A DNA stretch of 64,000 nt from Terriglobales bacterium (GCA_036265205.1 DATAPL010000054.1:1223-65222); one strand, 5' to 3'. Positions 45,140-54,600 are shown, counted from the stretch's first letter. The notes: generated from the letters alone by a model not told the origin. Made by a program: numbers and translations.

Positions 45140-45955
45140 TCATTTGCTGTGGGCGGAATATTTCCCGCTGATTGCATTCCAGCGAATCTTCAGCATCTCC
45201 AGAAACATCCTGGTACCGTCGCGCAACGGGCTGATGCGAGTGCCTTCGGCGTGCGCCCAGGCTACCGGCACTTCGACCACTTTCAGGTGGAATTTTTTTG
45301 CCAAGTAGAGCAGCTCCGGATCGAAGCCCCAACGCTCGATTCTCTGGCGGGGAAAAATTGTCTGCGCAGCCCGTCGGGTAAAGGCCTTGAATCCGCACTG
45401 TGTATCTTTAAAGCGCAAACCCAAAATGATGCGAAGCAGCAGGTTGAAGACGCGGCCGAAAAGCTGGCGATAAAGCGGCTGGCGCTGGGTTTGCAGATCG
45501 CTGCGCAGCCAGCGTGAACCGATGGCAATGTCGGCCCCGGCATGGAGGGCGGCTAGTAATTTCTCGGCTTCTTCGATGGGAGACGAAAGATCGGCGTCAC
45601 TAAAGAGCAAGGTCTCGCCGTGCGCGTGCAGCATCCCGTTGCGCACGCTGTATCCTTTGCCCCGGTTGCCGGGGTTTTCCAGAAGATGCAGTCGCGGGTT
45701 CTTCTCGGCGTAGCCGCGGATGATGTCAGATGTGTTATCCCGCGAACCGTCGTTTACCGCGATGACTTCAGCGTCCCAGCCGCGCTCCGCGACGTAGGCG
45801 AGAACTCTTTCCAGAGTGGCGCCCACTCGGGCGCCTTCGTTGTAAGCGGGAATGACGATGCTGTAGGCCGGTTTGCGGTCTGGAGGCGTCAGTCTTTGTT
45901 CCGCCAATCCTGGCTCCGCCAGTCGCTGCTCGCTCAGTTTTTGGTCCAAGGACAT
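45140..45955 (-). CDS. GT2 polyprenyl-phosphate hexose synthase (dolichyl-phosphate beta-glucosyltransferase/GtrB-like)
   Basis: YSIVIPAYNEGARVGATLERVL...VIAVNDGSRDNT...NRGKGYSVRNG...LFSDADLSSP is typical of the Dol-P-Glc/Und-P-Glc synthase subgroup. 271 aa, soluble-size. Confidence 0.8.
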   Translation of the reverse strand: MSLDQKLSEQRLAEPGLAEQRLTPPDRKPAYSIVIPAYNEGARVGATLERVLAYVAERGWDAEVIAVNDGSRDNTSDIIRGYAEKNPRLHLLENPGNRGKGYSVRNGMLHAHGETLLFSDADLSSPIEEAEKLLAALHAGADIAIGSRWLRSDLQTQRQPLYRQLFGRVFNLLLRIILGLRFKDTQCGFKAFTRRAAQTIFPRQRIERWGFDPELLYLAKKFHLKVVEVPVAWAHAEGTRISPLRDGTRMFLEMLKIRWNAISGKYSAHSK

Positions 45956-46007
45956 GCGTTTCGATTAGAGCCCGCAGCAATACGCCGTCCCCGGTCGCCC
46001 CCGAGTG

Positions 46008-49000
46008 TTACTGAACGGTGAGCGTTAGCCCAGCAGTGTGGGTCAGCGATGCCGACGTTCCGGTGACCGTGACAGTGTATGCTCCGGCCGGCGTGCCAGG
46101 AACTGTCGTGCCACCCCCGCCCGAGGACGAGCTGCCACCGCATGCCGCCATGAAGATCAGCCCTGAAAACAGCAGGCATCCCAGCAGGAAGCCCAGCCAT
46201 CGTTTCTTGCGGGATGTGAATCCGGCTCCTACCAAAGCCAGCCCGCCCACCGGCAGCCACATTGCATAGAAAACACCTTTGAAGTGGGGCACGAGCGAAG
46301 CAGTGGTTGAAGCCGTAGTCTTTACCGTCAGGGTGGACGTGCCCGACCCGCCGGCCACAGAAGTGGGACTGAAGGTACATGTTGGCTGCTTCGCCGCGGC
46401 TGGAGTCACGGTGCAGGACAAGCTCACGGCGCTGTTGAATCCGTTGGCCGGGGTGATCGTGATTGTAGACGTGGCCATTCCGCCCTTTGCAACTGAAGCC
46501 GGCGTGAGGGCGGTGGCAGCAATCGTAAAATCAGGAACGGGAGCCGGCGTAACCGTTACATGGACTGTGGTGCTGTGGTTCGTCGAGCCTGCGCCCGCGA
46601 CCGTCACGGTGTAGGCGTTGGCCGGTGTAGTCGCAGAAGTGGTGACTGTCAGGACCGATGTGCCCGAACCTCCCGCAACCGAAGGCGGAACAAAGGCGCA
46701 CGTCGGAGCCGGCGTTACTACAGGAGTAATGCTGCTGCAGGACAGCGCGACTGTGCCGGTGAAGCTGTTGAGAGGAGCGATGGTGATGGTTGAAGTAGCG
46801 GTTCCGCCCGCTACAATCGAAGCCGGTGCAAGGGCAGAGGCCGCGATAGTGAAATCCGGCGCCGGAGGAGGCGCATTCACGGTCAGCCCGACCGAGGTGT
46901 TATGGGTTAACAGTCCGGCTGTGCCGGTCACAGTCACACTGGAAGTGGCTGCCGGAGTTGTAGTGTCAGTGTTGATAGTCAGCGTTGATGGAGTTCCGGG
47001 CGTCACCGACGCGGGGACAAAGTCACACGTGGCGCCGCTGGGCAGACTGGCTCCGTTGCAGGTCAGGGTCACTGAGCCGGTGAAGCCGTTCAGCGCGCTG
47101 ACTGACACGGTATAAGATGCCGGGCTCCCGGCAGTCACGGTCCGGCTGGCCGGGAGCGCGCTGATGCCGAAATCCTGCGTCAGCTTGAAAGCTGCGACCT
47201 GCATTACATAGTTAGCGCTGCCGAAAATAGGAGTAGTGGCTTCGCAACTACCCGCCACCGTTGTGATCTGGTGCTCAGCGTTATCGCCGTTAGGCTGGGT
47301 CAATGCCAGCAGGTTGAAGCCTGATCCGGCGCCAGTGACATGCGTCCCCACAGTTGCGCCGGCCACGATCAGTTCTACCGGCGTGGCGGTGGTGCAAGCG
47401 CCGGTGTCAGCCAGGCTTCCGCTGCCCGCATTCCCCGCTGTGGCGTCCAGAGGACTGATGGGATCGAGCCCGCTGTATTCCAGAATCCTCATATCGGGCG
47501 CAAGCGCCGGCTGATTGAAGGTGGCTGTGATCTGGTTGGGAGTGGTGGTGTCACCCACGATGTTCTTGGCGTAGTAAATCACCTGCGTAAATCCCGTTCC
47601 GGCTAGCGCAGTGCCGGCAACGGTATAAGTATTTCCCTCGGTGTCGGTGACTGCTGTGACGTTTGCAGTAGCATCCGCCCAGCCGATAATGACCACATTC
47701 AGATTGCCCGCATGCTGCAGGCTGGTCATCTGCTGGGACGCAGTTCCCACTAGGTTAGGCGTAGCCGAGACCGCGCCTTGAATGTAGTTGATCGGCCCGG
47801 TTCCCAGGGCAAACGTATAAGCGCCCGGACCGCTCACCGTGCCTCCGTCGGGATTAGTGACAGTAACATCGGCCGGTCCCACCGGAAGTCCGGGAGTGAT
47901 GGCGGTGATGGTGGTGGCATTCTGTACTACTACGTTATTGGCAGGAAGTCCCCCGACCGCGACCGTGGCTCCGTTTTGAAAGTTGGTGCCGGTAACTGTG
48001 ATGGCCGCGCCGTTGGTCGGACCTGTCGTCGGATTCACCGCAGTAAAGGTGGGCGGGATCACTGGCACGAATGTGTACGCCCCAGCAGCTGAGGATAACT
48101 GGCCATCCACGTTGACTACCGTGACGTCCACGGCGCCGTCGCTGTCAGGCGGCGTGAGACAGGTGATGGTGGCTCCGGCGGCCTCTGTGCAATTCACGCC
48201 GGAAATACCTCCGGGAGCGGTGCCAAACAAAACCACCGCGCCCGGCTGAAAATTGGTTCCGGTGATGGTAACTGGGGTGCCGCCGCTATCTGGTCCGGAA
48301 GCAGGCGCAATCGGAGTAACCGTGTCAATAACTGGCGCGGTGAACGTGACTGGAGTGGTGCTGAACGCCGCGACCTGCATTACCCAGTTCCCGTCGGTTA
48401 ATACGCCGGTCGCATTGTACGTGCCTGCGACCTGCGCTGCGTTGGAATCTTCCACAATGTCGCCGAACGGAAGCGTAATCGAGCGCGAGGTGAATCCGCT
48501 ACCAGCCGCCGTGAAATGCGCGTCGGTTGTTCCGGCTCCCACCAGCAGATCGCTGGCGGTTGTGGTTACGGAACCGCTGTCAGCGAGAGTAGAAGCACCG
48601 ACACCTCCGCCCCAAATATCGAGCGGCGAGGTAGCACTCAGCCCGCTGTATTCGAGGATGCGAACATCGGGATGGGCTGCGGCCTGGTTGAAATTGACCG
48701 TAACTACGGGCGTGGTGCTGTTAGGCAGAACAATATTGCGGGCGTAGTAGATCGCCTGCTTCACGCCATTACCGGCGGTCGTGCCAGCCAGCACGTAAAC
48801 GTTGGTATTGTCATCCACCACCGAAGTCACCGACGCCGTGGTATCGCTCCAACCGACGATCACAACGTTCAAATCTCCGGCCGTCTCAGCGGTCGGGTAA
48901 GTCACGTTCATGGTGGCAGTAACTGCATCGACGGTGTTGTTGTTTACCTGGACAAAGGTCTGGGCCTGTGACAGTGCAGACAAGAGCAGCAGGGCCGCCA

Positions 49001-49088
49001 ACGGCGCAACCCTCCGAAGAAAGCTGGTCAGACAGGAAGAAACCGACTTCAGGGCCTGGGGCAACACCGAACTACTGGTCATCACCAA
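46008..49088 (-). CDS. Large Thr/Ser-rich secreted surface protein: duplicated about 200-aa unknown domain, two IPT/TIG domains, three Ig-like repeats, C-terminal hairpin module
   Basis: Signal peptide ...RRVAPLAALLLLSALSQA. Two IPT-like units (SGPDSGGTPVTITGTNF..., TGPTNGAAITVTGTNF...). Three repeats of the pattern DF-I-A...C...C-F-P-SV...LTV-T...YTVTV-G...H-T-V-VTV. See findings. Confidence 0.85.
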   Translation of the reverse strand: MVMTSSSVLPQALKSVSSCLTSFLRRVAPLAALLLLSALSQAQTFVQVNNNTVDAVTATMNVTYPTAETAGDLNVVIVGWSDTTASVTSVVDDNTNVYVLAGTTAGNGVKQAIYYARNIVLPNSTTPVVTVNFNQAAAHPDVRILEYSGLSATSPLDIWGGGVGASTLADSGSVTTTASDLLVGAGTTDAHFTAAGSGFTSRSITLPFGDIVEDSNAAQVAGTYNATGVLTDGNWVMQVAAFSTTPVTFTAPVIDTVTPIAPASGPDSGGTPVTITGTNFQPGAVVLFGTAPGGISGVNCTEAAGATITCLTPPDSDGAVDVTVVNVDGQLSSAAGAYTFVPVIPPTFTAVNPTTGPTNGAAITVTGTNFQNGATVAVGGLPANNVVVQNATTITAITPGLPVGPADVTVTNPDGGTVSGPGAYTFALGTGPINYIQGAVSATPNLVGTASQQMTSLQHAGNLNVVIIGWADATANVTAVTDTEGNTYTVAGTALAGTGFTQVIYYAKNIVGDTTTPNQITATFNQPALAPDMRILEYSGLDPISPLDATAGNAGSGSLADTGACTTATPVELIVAGATVGTHVTGAGSGFNLLALTQPNGDNAEHQITTVAGSCEATTPIFGSANYVMQVAAFKLTQDFGISALPASRTVTAGSPASYTVSVSALNGFTGSVTLTCNGASLPSGATCDFVPASVTPGTPSTLTINTDTTTPAATSSVTVTGTAGLLTHNTSVGLTVNAPPPAPDFTIAASALAPASIVAGGTATSTITIAPLNSFTGTVALSCSSITPVVTPAPTCAFVPPSVAGGSGTSVLTVTTSATTPANAYTVTVAGAGSTNHSTTVHVTVTPAPVPDFTIAATALTPASVAKGGMATSTITITPANGFNSAVSLSCTVTPAAAKQPTCTFSPTSVAGGSGTSTLTVKTTASTTASLVPHFKGVFYAMWLPVGGLALVGAGFTSRKKRWLGFLLGCLLFSGLIFMAACGGSSSSGGGGTTVPGTPAGAYTVTVTGTSASLTHTAGLTLTVQ

Positions 49089-49564
49089 AATCCTCCGGGG
49101 CTCAGCTGCGCGGGCAAATAAGGCGGCGGCAGCGCCTTTGTTCGTAAAGTTTTGTCAGGAACAGTGCCATCTAAGCCGTGGCGCTGGTTCAATATATCAG
49201 CAGGTTGGTTTCGCAGTTAAAACGAAATCTTCATCTTCAGTGTCACTTTAGTGTCTGTCTCTTACTCATACTCGCAGCACACTCTGCCCGCATGTCCACG
49301 AACAAATCAAAGCCGGACTTGAACCTGGTTGGTTAACCACCTGCTCCCGCCCTGCCTATCCGCCTTTGTCAGCTAGGTATTCACGGCTGCTTCTTAAGCT
49401 GCTCCTTCGTGTGATCGGTGGGAACCGAGGTTAGCCGCCCTGACGAATACGCGGAAGTACAAGTCCGTCTGCCGCATTCCATATAGCTTTCGGTCAATCT
49501 AGGTGCTGGCCTTCAGTTTTCGGATCGATCTGGGGTCACCGGCCATTCTGTCGATTGCTTTGGT

Positions 49565-51226
49565 ATGTCACAAATAAATTGCGCACCTCCCCCACCGGAT
49601 CGCTTTTCGATTCGGAACCGCAGCATTGCGGACATCCTGCTCTTCCTCGTGGCTTTCGCCACCGGCGGCTCGTTTGCGCAGAACACGGTAAATGTTTTCG
49701 GCGCCAGTACTCCTGTAGTGGTCGACAGCGGAAATCCCAGTTCCATTCTGCTGGGCGTCAGAGTTTTCTCCGACGTTGCGGGACAGGTCGTAGGCTGCAC
49801 CTTCTACAAAGCATCGACCAACATCGGGCCGCACGTGGTCAGCCTGTGGGACTCAGCTGGAAAATTATTGGCCAGCCAAACCACTACGACCGAGACTGAC
49901 TCGGGAGTGCAAGCGGTGCGATTTGCAACACCCATCCCGATGGCTGCAAACCAAACCTTTACCTGCGGGTACTACACGGCTCACGGTCACTATTCGAATG
50001 ACCGGAATGTCTTCACCGTGCAAAAGAATGTCCCTCCCCTGCACGTTCCGATCAATGGTGGAGTATATCTGTACGGCACCTCTGCCACCGCCTTCCCGAG
50101 CACGATCTATCTGGCGAGTAATTACTGGGTCGACGTGTTGTTCGCTCCCGCTGGCGGATCAACCTCGGCAACCTGGATCAGCGGCACCAGCGCCAGCGCG
50201 ACTGGAAGCACCGCCAACATCAGCTGGAATACGGTGGTGCCATCCGATTCGCAAGTCGAATATGGATCGAACACGTCGTACGGCAGCAGCACGACGCTGG
50301 CGGCGACGAGAGTCACCGCGCACTCCGTCGCAATCACTGGCTTGTCGGAGGGAGCTACGTATCACTTCCGGGTGCGATCGAGCGATTCAGACGCCGCATT
50401 GGCAACCGGCGCGGACCATACTCTCACTACAGTCGCTGCAGTTTTGCCGGTAAGCATCTCGACCTCCCCCACAACCGCGAGCATCGCATCGGGCGCTACT
50501 CAGCAATTTATGGCGATGGTAAGCAACGCTGCGAACGCGGCGGTCACCTGGTCGGCGACTGCTGGAACCATCAATGCGTCGGGCCTGTTCACTGCGCCAA
50601 ATGTTTCCGTTCAAACCTCGGTGACCGTGACTGCCGTCAGCCAGGCTGACACCACCAAAAGCGCCTCCGCCATGCTGACCGTGAGCCCCGCGGCCGCGAT
50701 CAGCGTCAGCCCTACCAGCTTGAGCTTTGCCGGAAAAACCGGCACATCCAGTCTCACGCCGGCCAGCGTGAGCATCACAAACACCGGGGCTGGAGCGCTC
50801 ACTTTCACGGGAGTCAGCGACCAGTCCTGGCTGATGCTCTCGCCAGCGTCTGGTACGGCTCCCTCCAGCCTGCAGGTGACTCCGGCCATCACCGGGATGA
50901 AGGCTGGAACTTACACCGGACATGTCACTCTGACCGGCGGTGGCGTGTCGAAGACTGTGACTGTTGCGCTCAGCTTGACCGCGCCTGTGGTCCAGCATTC
51001 GGTGGCATTATCGTGGAAGGCCAGCACCAATACCCACGTCATCAGCTATAGCATGTACCGCTCGACCATCTCAGGCTCTTCTTACGGACTCTCAGCCAGC
51101 GCCATCAGCGGAGTCGCTTACAGCGATGCCAGCGTGCAGTCCGGAACAACCTATTATTACGTTGTTACCGCAGTGGACGAGCAGTGGACGATCAGGGACG
51201 GGAGAGCGGCTATTCGAACCAGGTAA
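49565..51226 (+). CDS. Secreted DUF4082-domain protein with Fn3/Ig-like domains; 3' end frameshifted by an 11-bp tandem duplication
   Basis: Signal peptide ...ADILLFLVAFATGGSFA. DUF4082-like block LGVRVFSDVAGQVVGCTFYK...GPHVVSLWDS...NYWVDVLF. PAP-N/Fn3-like ISWNTVVPSDSQVEYG...YHFRVRS. A terminal Fn3 ends aberrantly (see the repeat at 51170..51191). Confidence 0.8.
   Translation: MSQINCAPPPPDRFSIRNRSIADILLFLVAFATGGSFAQNTVNVFGASTPVVVDSGNPSSILLGVRVFSDVAGQVVGCTFYKASTNIGPHVVSLWDSAGKLLASQTTTTETDSGVQAVRFATPIPMAANQTFTCGYYTAHGHYSNDRNVFTVQKNVPPLHVPINGGVYLYGTSATAFPSTIYLASNYWVDVLFAPAGGSTSATWISGTSASATGSTANISWNTVVPSDSQVEYGSNTSYGSSTTLAATRVTAHSVAITGLSEGATYHFRVRSSDSDAALATGADHTLTTVAAVLPVSISTSPTTASIASGATQQFMAMVSNAANAAVTWSATAGTINASGLFTAPNVSVQTSVTVTAVSQADTTKSASAMLTVSPAAAISVSPTSLSFAGKTGTSSLTPASVSITNTGAGALTFTGVSDQSWLMLSPASGTAPSSLQVTPAITGMKAGTYTGHVTLTGGGVSKTVTVALSLTAPVVQHSVALSWKASTNTHVISYSMYRSTISGSSYGLSASAISGVAYSDASVQSGTTYYYVVTAVDEQWTIRDGRAAIRTR
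51170..51191 (+). repeat. Perfect 11-bp tandem duplication GCAGTGGACGA x2
   Basis: Bases 51170-51180 and 51181-51191 are identical. Removing one copy restores ...VVTAVDDQGRESGYSNQVTAIIP, with a stop (TAG) at 51241-51243. Confidence 0.95.
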
Positions 51227-51260
51227 CCGCGATCATCCCGTAGGCCCTACCAAGTCGCAG

Positions 51261-51287
51261 GAGCGGGCAATTGAATCTTGCCCGCTC
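51261..51287 (+). terminator. Stem-loop just after the restored stop (terminator-like, no U-tract)
   Basis: Perfect 9-bp arms GAGCGGGCA (51261-51269) and TGCCCGCTC (51279-51287). Confidence 0.4.
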
Positions 51288-51525
51288 GAAACTCTCCCCG
51301 GGTGATGTCCGGATACACAGCTACCCATCCGCCGCGAGGCGGGATCCGACCGACCCGCCCCCTCCCCGCGACCGGTCGAGTTTTCAGGCCGGCGGTTCCG
51401 AGACTTTCCTAGCATTTTCAGTAGTTTGCGTGGACCCACCTGCCACGCATGGCCCGATAGTGCCATTCCAGTGCCGTTGCCCAACGACTAGCATAAAGCG
51501 TCTTGGGGAGAGGCATATCCAATAG

Positions 51526-51563
51526 GCGTCCCATGGCTTGAGTCATGGGCGTTTTTTGTTTTT
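51526..51563 (+). terminator. Intrinsic terminator (plus strand)
   Basis: GCG(t)CCCATG-gcttgagt-CATGGGCG followed by TTTTTTGTTTTT. The orientation is plus only. Confidence 0.7.
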
Positions 51564-51632
51564 AACCGCAGTCATCCTGGAAGTGAAACTGTCCGCCTTG
51601 GATTGGGGCGTCCTTGGGCGGGAGGAGTGAGT

Positions 51633-54600
51633 GTGAAAGTCACGCAATTTGTGTCTTTCAAGCGGCATCCTCTCCTGCTTCTGCTGCTTGTAGGAATTTC
51701 GACACCTGGGCTGTTGGGCCAATCGCAGACGATCGGTAAATGGACAACCATGTCCAATACCACACCGATCAACCCCATTCATGCTGCATTGATGAAGAAC
51801 GGCAAGATTCTGATTGTTGCAGGTTCGGGAAACTGCCCGCCCTCGCAATCCGGATGTCCACTGGGACCGCCATACGGCCCTTCGAACAATTCCGGCGCCG
51901 AGATCTATGATCCCGTGGCCGGTACCTTCACCCAGCTCACGGTTTCCTGGGACATGTTTTGTAACGACATGATCTCGTTGCCTGACGGGCGTATGTTCAT
52001 CAACGGCGGCAGCATCCAGTACGACCCATTTTATGGATCGCCGCAGTCGGCAATCTTCGATCCTTCAACCAATACTTTTACCAACGTTCAGAACATGGCG
52101 CACGGCCGTTGGTATCCGACGCTGGTAACGCTTGGGGACGGCCGCATCATGACTTTCTCCGGCACCGACGAAAACGGCAACACCAATACCACTGTCGAGA
52201 TTTACACCGTCGGTTCGGGTTGGGGCCAGCCTGATTCAGCCGGCTGGACGCCGCCGCTGTATCCGCGCATGCACCTCCTGCCCAATGGAAAAGTGTTCTA
52301 TTCAGGATCGGATACCAGTTCCAACATCTTCGACCCATCTTCCATGTCGTGGAACCTGAATGTGGCGAATACCATCTACGGTGGCCAGCGCACCTATGGG
52401 ACTTCGGTGCTGCTCCCTCTGACCCCGGCCAACAACTATGACCCGCAGGTCATGATTATGGGCGGGAACAATCCCGCCACCGCCACCACCGAAATAATCG
52501 ATCTGAATGCTTCGCCGCTGAAGTGGAAGTCCGGGCCCAGCATGTCGCAGCCGCGTACCCAGATGAATGCCGTGATCCTGCCGAGCGGCAAGGTTCTGGC
52601 CCTGGGGGGATCGGCGAATGATGAGGACACGGGATCGCTCAGCCTGAATGCGGACCTTTACGATCCAGCGACCAAGACATTTTCATCTGCGGGGCAGAAT
52701 GTTTATGAGCGGCTGTACCACTCGGTGGCTCTGCTTTTGCCCGATGCGACGGTATGGTTGACCGGCGGAAACCCTTCGCGCGGCACTTTCGAGCCACACA
52801 TAGAAATTTACCAGCCGGCTTATTTATTTAATTCCGGCGGTGGACTGGCTACACGCCCGACCATCAGCGGCGCACCCAGTTCGATTTCGTGGGGCAACGC
52901 GTTCACGGTCACAACACCCGATGCCGCTAACATTTCTTCGGTGGTGCTGATACGGGACGGCGCAGTAACCCACTCGTTCGGCATCGATCAGCGCATGGTC
53001 GGCATGTTGTTCACCCCAGGCAGCGGATCTCTGACAGTAACCGCGCCGCCGACCGCGAACATCGCTCCGCCCGGCTATTACATGCTGTTTATCCTCAACA
53101 ATAACGGCGTGCCCTCTGTAGCCAAGTTTGTCCAGCTAACCGCGGGGGGCGGCGGCAATCCCGCTCCGACCCTGTCCGGCGTATCGCCCGCCTCAGGCAC
53201 GACGGCGGGTGGGACTGCGGTGACCGTAAGCGGCACCGGTTTTCTGGCTGGAGCTACGCTGACATTCGGTGGCAACGCGGCGACCAATGTGACGGTAAAT
53301 AGCGGCACCAGCATCACGGCAACCACGCCGGCGCACTCGGCGGGCGCGGTGAATGTGGTAGTAACCAATACTGACAGCCAGAACGCAACCTTGTCGCAGG
53401 GCTTTACCTATACTGCAATATCGAATCCGCCGCCCACGGTAACTGCAATTTCGCCCAACTCCGCATCGACCAGTGGCGGCACCGCGGTGACCGTAACCGG
53501 CACGGGCTTCCTCTCCGGAGCGACGCTGACTCTGGGCGGCACGGCGGCGACCAATGTGACCGTGGCAAACAGCACTACCATCACCGCCATGACCCCCGCG
53601 CATTCGGCTGGGACGGTGAACGTGGTGGTGACTAACAGCGACACTCAGAGCGGCTCTTTGCCGCAAGGTTTTACCTATACGTCGGTCTCCAATCCGCCTC
53701 CAACCGTGACTGCAATCTCGCCGATCTCAGGAACCACTGCCGGCGGGACCGCGGTAACCATCACCGGCACCGGCTTCCTGGCAGGGGACATGGTGAATCT
53801 CGGCGGGACGCTCGCCACGAATACAGCGGTAATCAGCAGCACCACGATGACAGCCACAACTCCGGCGCACTCCGCCGGCGCGGTGAGCGTAGTTGTCACC
53901 AACGCAGAAGAACAAAACGGCACGTTGCCGAACGGCTTCACCTATATCCAGCCCACTCCTGCGCCTGCGATCGCTTCCATCGCGCCCAACAGCGGAACTT
54001 CGAGCGGCGGCACAGCCGTTACCGTGACCGGCACCGGCTTCCTGACGGGAGCGGCTTTGACGATGGGTGGCACTGCGGCCAGTGGTGTAACCGTCCTGAA
54101 CAGCACCACGATCACAGCAACAACCCCGGCACACGCCGCTGGCGTCGTAAGTGTGACGGTGACTAACACCGACAACCAGAGCGGAAATCTGGCCAACGGC
54201 TATACCTATACTTCCACTCCGCCTCCAGGGCTGGGCTTCGGCGTGCCATCGGGGGATCCCAGCGCGGCGACTGTGAGTGCGGGGCAAACCGCGTCTTACA
54301 TTCTTTCTATTGGCGGCGCGGGACTGAGCGGAACCGCTACGTTCAGCTGTACCGGTGCGCCCTTAGGGTCAAAGTGCACGGTGCCGGCCACCCAGCAATT
54401 TAGCGCAACCGCCGCGTCGACCCTCAATGTCAGCGTGACCACCACGTCACGAACCATAGGGGCGCTCCAAATACCGGCTTTCACCCCGGCGACCTGGCTG
54501 TGGACGTTCACCATCGTAGGAATGACATTGCTCCCTGGAGTGCGCGTTTCCCGGCGGTCAGCGCGGCGATTTCTGTGGCTTGCCCCTCTGGCTCTGACGT

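Noticed and set aside
46098-46295. PEP-CTERM/exosortase-type sorting signal in the surface proteins
   Set aside because: The helix plus RKKR resembles such signals, but there is no PEP (or other known) motif. The segment is not C-terminal, because about 65 more residues follow. No exosortase gene is in the window. It is therefore reported as a distinct module.
49155-49170. Candidate sigma54 promoter upstream of the 1026-aa protein gene (minus strand: TGGCAC-tgttc-CTGAC)
   Set aside because: The -24 box is perfect, but the -12 element reads TGA instead of the nearly invariant TGC. Other near-matches also fail on GC spacing or identity: 49506-49520 (TGGCCT...TTTTC), 15009-15024 and 37290-37305.
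51271-51525. 84-aa plus-strand ORF ending just before the terminator
   Set aside because: It is Pro/Arg-rich, has no RBS and has no motif. The region is more plausibly untranslated RNA.
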